DNA of 43,750 nucleotides from Coriobacteriia bacterium (GTDB lineage Bacteria; Actinomycetota; Coriobacteriia; Anaerosomatales; PHET01), in contig WRDS01000003.1 of assembly GCA_009779675.1 (NCBI GenBank), positions 1-43,750 on the forward strand, given 5' to 3'. The stretch's first letter is position 1. Each line of letters begins with the position of its first letter. The notes beneath the pieces are model-generated. The model saw only the letters and a list, made by a program, of their open reading frames with translations. It was not told the origin of the DNA and did no database searches. This document shows, in pieces, positions 7,167 through 16,524 of this stretch. The translations under genes and the position numbers were made by a program.

Positions 7167-9226
7167 GGTTGTTGCCTCTCGCCAAACACCTCGCCTAAAC
7201 CAGTGTATATCGCTTGCGCGACCCGGTCAGCCCATTTCGGGTCGATAAATGAGGACCTGTCAGACCCCGAGTCAAGAGCCCCGATACCAATCCTGAGCGC
7301 AGCGTACTCTTGACCGGAGAATACCGGGTCTATTGAGGAAGGCACCTGCACCGCAGGCGATACCGCGGCATTAAGTTGCTCGGTCAGGGTCTGCGCCAAC
7401 GTTTGTGAGACGGTCCCCGCACCCGATACCACCATGACCGTGCGACCGCCCTCTCCGGTTGTCGCCATAGAGATCCCTATGCCGACGGTCGCGGTGGCGA
7501 CCCTTGCCGAGGCGGCGCGCTCGGCCTCCGGCATGTTGGTCGCAACGCCAGACCTGAGCAGCCAGGTCGATGCCCCCGATGCTTCAAGCAGCGCCCGCAG
7601 CCTTCGGGAGACCTCCATTGCCGTGTCAGGTGCCCCTGTGGGAGGAGAGCCAGGGTCGATAACGACTATCACGCCCTCCAGCGAGTACGGCTTGAGCCCC
7701 TCCTCACGCACTGTCGGCGTTGCCACCTGGACGTATACCACATCGCCGGTGGTGAGTATCACCCCTGGCGACGGTGTCGTGAGAAGCACCGTCCCGCTGG
7801 CGAGCTCGGAGGACACCAGCTCGATCTCAAGCGCAAGCCCCAGGCCATCAAGGGCCTCTCGGGCAGACGCTATCCCATCCCCGACCACGTCAGGCATCAC
7901 AACTTCTTCGGTGCCCGCCGAGACAATCAGCTCGATCACACTTCCCCGAGCAAGCCTTGCTCCGGGAGCGGGAGACTGGCCGAGCACGGTCCCTTTTGGC
8001 TCGGCGCTGAACCTGCTTCCCGAGATCCCTGCTTCAAGCCCAATCTGGGTGAGGAGCGTTTTGGCCTCTTCTTCCGAGCGTCCAAGGACATCAGGTACGT
8101 TGATACGGCTCTGGGCCCTGCCAAAAAGCCCGCCGACGGTGCCAAGCACCAGCACCGCCACAACTATGCTGACGGTGAGCCAGACTTTGCGGGGAATCAC
8201 AGGTTGGCGGATCGGGCGATCCCTCTTAAGCGCCGGCACAAGCCCTTCGGCCTCGGCTTCGCCCTTTGTGTCGGGCTCCGCCGCCGCCGATGCCGCCGCG
8301 CCGAGAAGGCCGCCGCCTGGTGCCGCCGCGCCGACCGTCTCGCTAGCGGAATGCCTTGGCATCAGCTCCGCGGGAGTCTCTATTGCGGCAAAATCGATCT
8401 TGCCAACAGGCTCGGCGACAGGCTCGCTGGCAGGCTTGCGGGCGGGCGTGGGCTCCGCAGCAGGCCTGCGGGTGCCCGCCGCACCCTTCGTGGAAGCCCT
8501 CTTGGACGGCGTTTTTTTGCCCTTTGCGCTTTCTGTCTCTTTCGTGTCCTTTGCAGAAGCCTTTTTAGAGGGTGTTTCTGTGTCTTTTTTGGGGACATTT
8601 TCTGGGGATGCTGTTTTGTCCTTTGCAGAAGCCTTTTTTGCAGGTGCCTTTTTGCTTACGCTTTTGCTTGCAGCTGGCTTGTCTGTGGCTGATTTTCTTG
8701 TCGTTGCTTTACTTGCAGCGGCGGGTTTCTCTGCGGCTGCTTTGCTTGCAGTTACTTGCTTGCCTGCGGCTGCCGGCTTTTTATCTTTTGCCGAGGTTTT
8801 CCCGGATGCCGGGGCGGATGCAGGAGCCTCCGCTACCTCCGATGCAGGCTCAGGCTTGGCCTTCGGCTTTTTTACCCTTGGCTTTGCCGCCGGTTTTTTC
8901 TCTGGTTCGCTTCTTGATGACTCGTTTTTTGACTCGCTTTTCGCAGGAGCTTTTTTGGGGGGCTCAGCATCCTGCTCGACGACTTTGTCTTGTTTGGCAG
9001 CTTTAACCTGCCCGGCAGCCTTGTCCAGCTCGATGGGCTTGGGCTTGGTTGCCTCGGCCTTGGTGGCCTCGGGCTCGCTGGCCTTAGGTTTGGTGGCAGC
9101 TTTGGGTTTGGCCACAGCAGCCTTAGGCGTGGCCTTGGCAGCTTTGGCCTTAGGCTCGCTGGCCTTGGCCTTAGCGGGGCTCTCGGCAGCCTTCTTCTTT
9201 TTGCTGGTTTGCTTCTCCTCATCCAT
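7163..9226 (-). CDS. Membrane protein: Lys/Ala/Pro-rich N-terminus, TM helix, two PASTA domains, degenerate Amidase_3-like domain
   Basis: About 270 aa K/A/P-rich region; TM WLTVSIVVAVLVLGTVGGLF; VPDVLG..EA...L..GL and MPDVVG PASTA starts; VVIDPG...LRALLE.SG....LLR...ERA amidase-like pattern. Confidence 0.8.
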   Translation of the reverse strand: MDEEKQTSKKKKAAESPAKAKASEPKAKAAKATPKAAVAKPKAATKPKASEPEATKAEATKPKPIELDKAAGQVKAAKQDKVVEQDAEPPKKAPAKSESKNESSRSEPEKKPAAKPRVKKPKAKPEPASEVAEAPASAPASGKTSAKDKKPAAAGKQVTASKAAAEKPAAASKATTRKSATDKPAASKSVSKKAPAKKASAKDKTASPENVPKKDTETPSKKASAKDTKETESAKGKKTPSKRASTKGAAGTRRPAAEPTPARKPASEPVAEPVGKIDFAAIETPAELMPRHSASETVGAAAPGGGLLGAAASAAAEPDTKGEAEAEGLVPALKRDRPIRQPVIPRKVWLTVSIVVAVLVLGTVGGLFGRAQSRINVPDVLGRSEEEAKTLLTQIGLEAGISGSRFSAEPKGTVLGQSPAPGARLARGSVIELIVSAGTEEVVMPDVVGDGIASAREALDGLGLALEIELVSSELASGTVLLTTPSPGVILTTGDVVYVQVATPTVREEGLKPYSLEGVIVVIDPGSPPTGAPDTAMEVSRRLRALLEASGASTWLLRSGVATNMPEAERAASARVATATVGIGISMATTGEGGRTVMVVSGAGTVSQTLAQTLTEQLNAAVSPAVQVPSSIDPVFSGQEYAALRIGIGALDSGSDRSSFIDPKWADRVAQAIYTGLGEVFGERQQP

Positions 9227-9333
9227 ACTGTTGTATTTTAAACGAAAAAAGCCCTTGCGCTTGAAGTGAGTTGGCAGGTAACCTGTTTTATTTGTGCGCC
9301 CTATTTGAGATTATTGGAGAGAAGGGAGCCCGC

Positions 9334-9675
9334 GTGCCCATCTACGACTACCACTGCGCAGCATGCGAGAAGACGTTTGAGATCGTGCGGTCAATGGGAT
9401 CCAGTTCCGATGTCAACTGTCCCGAGTGCGGAACTCTTGCGACACGCGTGTTCACCCCTGTCGGCCTCTCGTTCAAGGGCCCGGGGTTCTACAGCACAGA
9501 TTACCGAGGCGTTCAGCCCATGGGCTGTCCCCAGCCTGGCGATATGCCTGCTGGCGCATGCCCCTCCTGTGATGCCTGTCCGCCGCCACCGTCGGCAGCC
9601 GAAAAACCGAAGCCGATGAAGCCCTACGATTTTGCGCAGCAACTGATGGGCAGAGCAGCTCCGAGCAGCAAGTAG
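9334..9675 (+). CDS. FmdB-family zinc-ribbon regulatory protein
   Basis: GTG start after AGGGAG; MPIYDYHCAAC...FE.......CPECG...RVFTPVGLSFKGPGFYSTDY. Confidence 0.9.
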   Translation: MPIYDYHCAACEKTFEIVRSMGSSSDVNCPECGTLATRVFTPVGLSFKGPGFYSTDYRGVQPMGCPQPGDMPAGACPSCDACPPPPSAAEKPKPMKPYDFAQQLMGRAAPSSK

Positions 9676-9768
9676 CCACAGCACGCAGCACACCAGGCAG
9701 CGGGCAGTTTAAGAGGCGGGGCAGGACCAGCAAGGAGCACCTGGTATTCATCTTAATCAAAGTTGTTG

Positions 9769-9795
9769 CGAAAATAGGGTGTTCCGCCTATTTTC
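9769..9795. terminator. Hairpin between the convergent FmdB-type gene and glpX (possible terminator)
   Basis: GAAAATAGG / CCTATTTTC 9-bp inverted repeat. Confidence 0.5.
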
Positions 9796-9810
9796 ATTCT
9801 CGGCACACAG

Positions 9811-9865
9811 CCTGCGTCGTTATGCCTGCATCGTCATAGGGTCTGCGCCGTTCCTGCGTCGTTAT
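9811..9865. repeat. Four degenerate 13-14-bp copies ending in the glpX stop codon
   Basis: CCTGCGTCGTTAT, CCTGCATCGTCAT, TCTGCGCCGTT, CCTGCGTCGTTAT. Confidence 0.7.
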
Positions 9866-10797
9866 AAGGTCTGCACTGTTTCCACAAAACGGACGGTCTT
9901 GCTCCCACTGTCCATCGCGACGGTATGCGTGCGCGTGCCCTCGGCGCTGCACTTGACCCCGCGAAGCATCTCCCCATCGGTGACCCCGGTCGCGATAAAC
10001 ACCGCCTCATCGGTGTTCACAAGGGTGTCCATGGTAAGCACCCCGTCTATGTTGGGCGTGCCCATCTCAACCGCACGGGCCTTCTCCTCATCGCTGCGCC
10101 AGGCAAACCTACCCATGAAGCATCCACCGATGCACTTCATCGCCGTGCATGCCAAGACCCCTTCCGGTGCGGCCCCGATGCCGAGATACAGGTCGATGCC
10201 GGTCCCCTCGATGGCGGTTGCCGCTGCTCCAAACACGTCCCCATCGGTAATAAGCCGGATGCGCGCCCCTGCTTCCCTGACCTCGGCAATCAGGTCTTTG
10301 TGCCGGCTGCGGTCCAGGATGCACACCATAAGATCGGACGGGTCTTTGCCGAGCGCCTTCGCGACGTTCTTGATGTTCTCGGTCGGAGATGCATCGATGT
10401 GGACGATGTCTGCGGCCTTTGGCCCGACGGCGATCTTGTCCATGTATGTGTCAGGCGCATGAAGGAGCGTGCCCTTGGGGCCAAACGCAAGGACTGCGAG
10501 CGAGTTTGCCTGGCCGAAGGCGGTCAGATTGGTCCCTTCAAGCGGGTCAACCGCGATGTCGATCTCCTCTCCACCGGCCCCGACCTCTTCGCCGATGAAA
10601 AGCATGGGCGCCTCATCGCGCTCGCCTTCGCCGATGACGACCGTTCCGGAGATGGGCACGTGGTTGAACGCCGAGCGCATAGCCTCGACAGCAGCATCGT
10701 CCGCCGCGTGCTTGTCCCCTTTCCCCGTCCAGCGGCCCGCTGCGAGGGCAGCCGCCTCCGTTACCGCAAGCATCTCCATGATCTGTGTGTTCAGCAC
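9862..10797 (-). CDS. glpX: Class II fructose-1,6-bisphosphatase
   Basis: [57 protein letters not shown]. Confidence 0.96.
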   Translation of the reverse strand: MLNTQIMEMLAVTEAAALAAGRWTGKGDKHAADDAAVEAMRSAFNHVPISGTVVIGEGERDEAPMLFIGEEVGAGGEEIDIAVDPLEGTNLTAFGQANSLAVLAFGPKGTLLHAPDTYMDKIAVGPKAADIVHIDASPTENIKNVAKALGKDPSDLMVCILDRSRHKDLIAEVREAGARIRLITDGDVFGAAATAIEGTGIDLYLGIGAAPEGVLACTAMKCIGGCFMGRFAWRSDEEKARAVEMGTPNIDGVLTMDTLVNTDEAVFIATGVTDGEMLRGVKCSAEGTRTHTVAMDSGSKTVRFVETVQTL

Positions 10798-10883
10798 CGA
10801 AATCCCCCCTTGTCAGACAGTTAAACAACCCCACCGTTCTCGTTAACGCTGCCCGGCGGTGCCGGGCACCCACTCAAACTTGT

Positions 10884-10920
10884 TGCGCATCACCCGCTCG
10901 ACCGTGCGCATCACCCGCTC
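10884..10920. repeat. 16-bp perfect direct repeat (period 21) at the rsmB stop
   Basis: TGCGCATCACCCGCTC at 10884-10899 and 10905-10920. Confidence 0.75.
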
Positions 10921-12316
10921 AAGCCTTGCGTATCAGGCGGGCCACAAAATGCCCGTCCGCACCTTCTGGCTCGGGGAGCAGCTGAAGCCATCCCGCCGGG
11001 TCAACAAAACCCTTCCAAGACTCAGGGACATCTCCTGCCAACGAGTCCAAAACAAACCCGCTGCCCGCCTTAGAGCCAAGGAACCCCCGGACGATGTCGC
11101 GGTTCTCGGCGTTTGAGATGGTGCACGTCGAGTAGACCACGAACCCTCCGAGCCTCACAAGCGCCGCAGCATTCACAAGAAGCAGCGCCTGGAGTCTTTG
11201 GAGGGCCCCGCAGTCGGCGGGGGTCAGGCGCCAGCGCCCCTCCGGGTGCCTGCGTAGCGTGCCGAGCCCGCTGCACGGAGCGTCCACGAGCACGGCATCG
11301 GCACTCCCGGGAGGGATCCCGGGTATCGTGAGCCCTGCCGAGGAGGCATCCGCCGTCACCGTCACGATCTCGCTGAAGCCCAGCGTACGTGCATCATCGG
11401 CGAGGACCTTGAGCTTGAAATCGTGCAGGTCTACTGCGGCAAGCCGAGCAAGCGGCCTCCCATTCGATCGCGCCATGGACGCGAGCATGAGGCTCTTGCC
11501 CCCGCGCCCGGCACCTACCTCTGCAAGCACCTGCCCTGGGCCAGGCCGCATGGCGCGCACAACGAACTGGGCACCGAGGTCCATCACCCGCGTATGGTGG
11601 CCCTGGAGCGACTTGATCCGCCGTGCGACAGCCGGTTTTCCTACACGGACCGACCCAGGCAGCGAGCCTGGCGACGGCTCGGCCCCTGCTGCTGTAAGCT
11701 CGGCGATCAGCCTTGCAAGCGCATCCGCACCCGGGAGGGCCGACGCGAGGAACATGGGCGGTGCCTGGTTGTTGGCAGCCATCACGCCTGTGGCCTTCTC
11801 GCTGCCGAGCTCGGTCTCCCACATCCCGACGAGCCAACGCGGGTGGGCATAGAGGCGTGCACGCGCATCCAGGTCGGTGTCCGGGTCCCCCCAGGGGAAC
11901 GTGTCTGCGGCGCGGGCCACCTTTCGGATGACGGCGTTGGCAAAGCCGGCCGCTTTTGGCTCGACGGCCTTGGCGAGCTTCACCGTCTCGTCCACCGCCG
12001 CATATGCGGGCGTTCCGCCAAAGAGCACCTCCCAGGCACCGAGCGCGAGGACCTCCAGCATCGGCGACCACAGCGCGGTACCGGGGCTGACGACGATGGC
12101 GAACGCGTCTTCGAGCACACCCATCGCCGAGAGGGTCCCGTACGCAAGCCGAGCGGCACTGGCCGCCTCTTTGGGCTCGAGGTCTCGCTCGGCAAGCACC
12201 TTGTCGAGCGTCTGGTGCGCGTAGGCCGAGCGCTCGCGCACGCGCTTGACGACCTCGAACGCAGCTGCTCGTGCGGGTGTGGGAGCTACGCGGGCCAAGG
12301 CTAGGGCCCTCCCCAT
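10919..12316 (-). CDS. rsmB: 16S rRNA m5C967 methyltransferase RsmB/Sun (NusB-like + SAM-MTase domains)
   Basis: N-terminal NusB-like helices (GFANAV.RK), HPRWLV, AG.GGKS, VLVDAPCSGLGTLRRHPE, VYSTCT, DGHFVARL. Confidence 0.9.
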   Translation of the reverse strand: MGRALALARVAPTPARAAAFEVVKRVRERSAYAHQTLDKVLAERDLEPKEAASAARLAYGTLSAMGVLEDAFAIVVSPGTALWSPMLEVLALGAWEVLFGGTPAYAAVDETVKLAKAVEPKAAGFANAVIRKVARAADTFPWGDPDTDLDARARLYAHPRWLVGMWETELGSEKATGVMAANNQAPPMFLASALPGADALARLIAELTAAGAEPSPGSLPGSVRVGKPAVARRIKSLQGHHTRVMDLGAQFVVRAMRPGPGQVLAEVGAGRGGKSLMLASMARSNGRPLARLAAVDLHDFKLKVLADDARTLGFSEIVTVTADASSAGLTIPGIPPGSADAVLVDAPCSGLGTLRRHPEGRWRLTPADCGALQRLQALLLVNAAALVRLGGFVVYSTCTISNAENRDIVRGFLGSKAGSGFVLDSLAGDVPESWKGFVDPAGWLQLLPEPEGADGHFVARLIRKA

Positions 12317-13449
12317 GTGACAGCGTCGTCGAACCGGGCGCCGCGTGCCCAGTCAGCACCCGCCATCTCGCCCTTCCCGTCCGGTCTGACCCGCTCAAGG
12401 ACCGCGTAACCGTCAGAGAGCCCTATGATGAGTTCCCGCTTGCTGCAAAGCACCGCGCCGGGACGCGGCGGGGTGCTCTCTGGCGACGCATCGTGCGCCG
12501 ATGATGTGTGTGTTGGCACCACATTGTGTGTCTGTGGGGTGTACTTTGGCGAGATATTATACGTCAACTGGGTACATCCTGACGATGCATCGTGCGCCGA
12601 CGGCTGGGAGGCCAATCGCCGCATCTCGGTTACCGCCGCAAGGCGACCGGCGAGCTGGAGGCGCGACGGTGCCTGTGGCGAGGACGCCCGCACCCGCCTC
12701 AGCCCGTCCTCAAGCGTCAGCTCGGGGAAAAGCGTCACCTCCGCCTTGGTGATCTTCTCGGCGTAGGTCGCAAGCGTCTCATCCTGCACCACCCACGCAG
12801 CCGTGCCCTGCCCGATGGCATCAAGCGCATCCACGAGCATATGGGCACCTAGCTCAGCGAGGCTGCCGAGAAGGTCGGCACGTGACCTGTCGTCAACAGA
12901 GACGGTGGCTTGGGCGCAGTAGGGCCCGGTGTCAAGCCCGGCCTCCATCTGCATGATGGAGACCCCGGTCTCGGCATCCCCGGCCAGGATCGCCCGCTCG
13001 ACCGGCGCAGCACCGCGCCAGCGTGGAAGCAGGGACGCGTGGATGTTCACGCAGCCGAACCGCGGGATCGCAAGCACCTCTGGCGGGAGGATGAGCCCGT
13101 AGGCGGCAACGACTATGATGTCTGGGGCAAGCTCGGCGATCCCTTCGATGACCGCCGAGTCACGCAAAGTCTGTGGTTTGTGCAGCTCAATGCCCAGCTC
13201 GGATGCCAGCAGGGCGACGGGCGACGGGCGACGGGTGCCCCCTCGGCCTGAAACGGAGTCCGAACGTGTGTAGACCGCGAGGATCTGATGGGATCCGGAC
13301 TGCCGGACGGATACGAGCGCACGCAAGGCGCTGACGGCGAACTCAGGCGTGCCCATGAAGATGACGTTGATGCTCCCACCCCCGTTTGACGCAGTCGAAG
13401 CCGTGCGGTTGTTGGCCAGAATGCCGCTTTCGAAGTCAGGGTCGCGCAC
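12301..13449 (-). CDS. fmt: Methionyl-tRNA formyltransferase (with N-terminal and C-domain insertions)
   Basis: FMGTPEFAV, VVAAYGLILP, NIHASLLPRWRGAAP, MEAGLDTG, YAEKI; follows def; start codon uncertain. Confidence 0.95.
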   Translation of the reverse strand: MRDPDFESGILANNRTASTASNGGGSINVIFMGTPEFAVSALRALVSVRQSGSHQILAVYTRSDSVSGRGGTRRPSPVALLASELGIELHKPQTLRDSAVIEGIAELAPDIIVVAAYGLILPPEVLAIPRFGCVNIHASLLPRWRGAAPVERAILAGDAETGVSIMQMEAGLDTGPYCAQATVSVDDRSRADLLGSLAELGAHMLVDALDAIGQGTAAWVVQDETLATYAEKITKAEVTLFPELTLEDGLRRVRASSPQAPSRLQLAGRLAAVTEMRRLASQPSAHDASSGCTQLTYNISPKYTPQTHNVVPTHTSSAHDASPESTPPRPGAVLCSKRELIIGLSDGYAVLERVRPDGKGEMAGADWARGARFDDAVTWGGP

Positions 13450-13933
13450 GTGCCTCGGCGTAGCGCTTCAGCGCAGCCCGACGTTCCTGCGGAGTCGCCC
13501 TGTCCATGATAAGGACGCCGTCCAGGTGGTCGATCTCGTGCTGGAACATCCGGGCAGTGAGCCCCTCGGCCTCTATGCGAAGCCTCTTACCGCTAAGCGT
13601 AAGCCCCTCACAGGTTATCCGGCATGCCCGCTCAATTGGAATGGTTATCCCGGGGAACGAGAGGCAGCCCTCGTCATCGGTCTCGCGCTCCTCGCCCTCT
13701 TCGACGATGACGGGGTTGCACATCGCCGAGAGGCCGTCGTGTTCCTCGGAAAGATCGAATACGATGACGCGCTTCATCACACCGACCTGTGGCGCCGCAA
13801 GGCCGATGCCCGGTGCCTCGTACATGACTTTTGCCATCCGTCCGACAAGCGAGCGAAGCGTTGTATCGGTCGTTGGGTCGACCTCTGATGCCGCTGTGCC
13901 CAACGTGGGGCTCGGGTGAGTGAGGATATTCAT
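13436..13933 (-). CDS. def: Peptide deformylase
   Basis: GIGLAAPQVG, EGCLS, QHEIDHLDG; ATG at 13933 chosen (MNILTHP). Confidence 0.96.
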   Translation of the reverse strand: MNILTHPSPTLGTAASEVDPTTDTTLRSLVGRMAKVMYEAPGIGLAAPQVGVMKRVIVFDLSEEHDGLSAMCNPVIVEEGEERETDDEGCLSFPGITIPIERACRITCEGLTLSGKRLRIEAEGLTARMFQHEIDHLDGVLIMDRATPQERRAALKRYAEARARP

Positions 13934-14007
13934 GACAGACAGTCTACATGTTGAACGTGCGCGGATGTGCAATCCGCGGGTGAACGGTGTTTATCCATGC
14001 AGACAGT

Positions 14008-16437
14008 CTACATGAGGTCAAGCGGATCCACATCGACAACAAGGCTCACGCCGCGGGCGGGCTGCGCGCCGGCAAGCACTCGCGCAAGCCACTCGTGCAG
14101 GCAGGCGTTGGTTGGTGCCTGGGGTGCTGACACCCGGGGGGCTGACCCGCCGCTGGCCGAGGTGTCCGCGACTGGTGCCTTCACCAGCACGTGCCACCGA
14201 TGGAGTCCTTTGAGCCGTGCGAGCGGTGCGGGGCTTGGCCCAAGCACTTTAATGCCCTCCCGCTTGCGACCTTCCCCCTCGCAGCCTTCGCCCGCCTGCG
14301 CCCGCATGGCTTCTGCAAGCGATGTCGCAGCAGCCTCGACATGGGGCTTGCTCCTTCCGCGCACCACAACGTTGGCAAGCCGCCCGAACGGCGGGTAGCC
14401 GAGTCCTCGGCGGCTGATTGCCTCCTGCCCATAGAAGGCCTCCGGGTTGTGATTGGCGACCGCCTGGACGGCAGGGTGGTCGGGCCAGTACGTCTGGAGT
14501 ATGACGCGCCCAGGCTTGACCCCGCGCCCTGCGCGACCGGCAACCTGCTCAAGCAGCTGGTAGGTGCGTTCGCCGGATCGGAAATCCGGGACGTTTAGGG
14601 TTGTGTCTGCGGCTATCACCCCGACAAGCGTGACCGAAGGGAAATCCAGCCCTTTCGCGATCATCTGCGTGCCGAGCAACACCCCGCCGGAGGCCTCCTC
14701 GAACTCCGCAAGCAGCCGCTCATGGGCCCCTTTGTGCTTCGTGGTATCGGCATCCATACGCACGATGGGAAGCCCGGGCACGAGGGCGGATAGCTCGGCC
14801 TCGACCCGCTGGGTACCGGAGCCGAACCGCCGCAGGTACGCGCTGCCGCACTTAGGGCAGCTTGGCGGGACCGGACGCAACGCACCGCAATGGTGGCACA
14901 TGAGCGATGCGCGGTCCTCGTGGTACGTCATCGATGTAGCGCAGGAGTTGCACATCGGCACGTGCCCGCACGCTCGGCAAAGCAGGAACGACGCAAACCC
15001 TCGGCGGTTCAAGAAAAGCACGGCCTTGTCGCCGGAGTCCGCTATCTCTTTTAGCGCAGCGGTCAGCGGGCGCGAGAACATCGAGCGATGCCCGGCCTCG
15101 AACTCGGCGGCCATGTCCACCACCTGGATCAGAGGCAGGCTCCCCCCTGCCACCCGTTCGGGCATCCCGACCAGCGCCCAATCGCCCGCCGAGCAGCGCG
15201 CACGCGCCTCCATCGACAGGCTTGCGCTGCCAAGGACGAGTGTGACCCCCTCCTGCTCGGCCATTCGCACGGCCACATCGCGGGCGTGGTAGCGCGGTGC
15301 CGAACCCTGCTTGTAGCTGGGCTCATGCTCCTCGTCGATGATGATGAGCCGTAAGTCCTTGACCGGCGCAAAGAGTGCCGAGCGGGCCCCGACAACAATG
15401 CGGGCCTCTCCTCGGCGCGTCAGGTCCCACTGGCCGAAACGCTCCCCCGCCGATAGGCGCGAATGGAGCACGGCGACCTCGTCGCCAAACCGGGAGCGGA
15501 ACCGGCCGGCCGTCTGGGGAGTGAGCGCGATCTCAGGGACAAGCACGATCGCACCGCCTCCCGAGGCCATCGCCTCCTCGATCGCACGCAGGTAGACCTC
15601 GGTCTTCCCCGAGCCGGTCACCCCATCGAGCGCAACAACCCCTCCCCCCTGGGCGCAGAGGCTGCGTATGGCCTCAAGTGCCCTGCCCTGCCCGTCGCTG
15701 AGCCGCTCATGGCGCGGGGCGGCGCTCCTTGCGTGATGGGCTCCCCGGATCCTCCGACGGCGCTCGATGAGCACCGCTCCAGCCTGCTCAAGGGAGCGCA
15801 GGCTCCCGTCGATGGAGCCAAGATCAGCTGCGAGCTCTGCTGCACGCACCGGGCCAGCTTTGAGCGCACCAAGGATGGCGCGCTGCCGAGTGGCGTTTTT
15901 ACGAGGCGTGAACTGCCCGCCTTCGGATCCGCCTTCGGATCCGCCTTCGGGCGCAAGCATGACCCAACGGTCGTCAACCGGCCCGACATCTGCGCGCTTG
16001 AGCACCCAGGTGCTGGTGCCTTCCGCATCCTTCCGCACGGCCTTCGGGACGGCTCCCGGCGGCAAGAACAGCCGAAAAGCCTCAGAAAGCGGACATATAT
16101 AGATCGCGGCGATCCAGTGCGCAAGCCTCACGCTCGCAGCGCTGAAAAACGGCCCGCCAAGTACCGCACGCACCTCTTTTAGCTCAGCATAGTCGCTTGC
16201 CCCGACAAGACCGACGACGTAACCGACAGCCGGACGGCCAGCGAAATCCACAAGGGCGCATGATCCGACTGCCACATCTCCGATATGATCGGGAATGCGG
16301 TAGTCAAAGGGCGCGCCAAGTGCCCGAGTCGGCACATCGACAATGACTTGGGCGATGTGCCGTGACCCGTGTTGCGCTGGATCCAACAAGACCCTTCCTT
16401 GTCCGTCTGCCCCAGCCTGACCGGGACGGCTCAGCAT
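14008..16437 (-). CDS. priA: Primosomal protein N' (replication restart helicase)
   Basis: GVTGSGKTEVY, LVPEIALTPQ, IIDEEHE, NRRG, Cys4-Cys4 zinc region, GTQMIAKGLDF, QVAGRAGR, YPPF, DVDP; start uncertain. Confidence 0.96.
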   Translation of the reverse strand: MLSRPGQAGADGQGRVLLDPAQHGSRHIAQVIVDVPTRALGAPFDYRIPDHIGDVAVGSCALVDFAGRPAVGYVVGLVGASDYAELKEVRAVLGGPFFSAASVRLAHWIAAIYICPLSEAFRLFLPPGAVPKAVRKDAEGTSTWVLKRADVGPVDDRWVMLAPEGGSEGGSEGGQFTPRKNATRQRAILGALKAGPVRAAELAADLGSIDGSLRSLEQAGAVLIERRRRIRGAHHARSAAPRHERLSDGQGRALEAIRSLCAQGGGVVALDGVTGSGKTEVYLRAIEEAMASGGGAIVLVPEIALTPQTAGRFRSRFGDEVAVLHSRLSAGERFGQWDLTRRGEARIVVGARSALFAPVKDLRLIIIDEEHEPSYKQGSAPRYHARDVAVRMAEQEGVTLVLGSASLSMEARARCSAGDWALVGMPERVAGGSLPLIQVVDMAAEFEAGHRSMFSRPLTAALKEIADSGDKAVLFLNRRGFASFLLCRACGHVPMCNSCATSMTYHEDRASLMCHHCGALRPVPPSCPKCGSAYLRRFGSGTQRVEAELSALVPGLPIVRMDADTTKHKGAHERLLAEFEEASGGVLLGTQMIAKGLDFPSVTLVGVIAADTTLNVPDFRSGERTYQLLEQVAGRAGRGVKPGRVILQTYWPDHPAVQAVANHNPEAFYGQEAISRRGLGYPPFGRLANVVVRGRSKPHVEAAATSLAEAMRAQAGEGCEGEGRKREGIKVLGPSPAPLARLKGLHRWHVLVKAPVADTSASGGSAPRVSAPQAPTNACLHEWLARVLAGAQPARGVSLVVDVDPLDLM

Positions 16438-16440
16438 GAC

Positions 16441-16471
16441 CGGCCCGGTCCGGCTTGATCCGACCGGGCCG
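16441..16471. terminator. GC-rich hairpin downstream of metK
   Basis: CGGCCCGGTC / GACCGGGCCG perfect 10-bp inverted repeat; no U tract, so function is uncertain. Confidence 0.35.
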
Positions 16472-16524
16472 CCTCAACCAAGTCGGCCCCGTCAATCCGG
16501 CTCGACCCGATCAAATCGACCCGC

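Noticed and set aside
7434-9269. 611-aa plus-strand ORF and other long antisense ORFs (e.g. 1690-2775, 41206-42162)
   Set aside because: Shadow frames of GC-rich or low-complexity minus-strand genes, with no motifs or RBS
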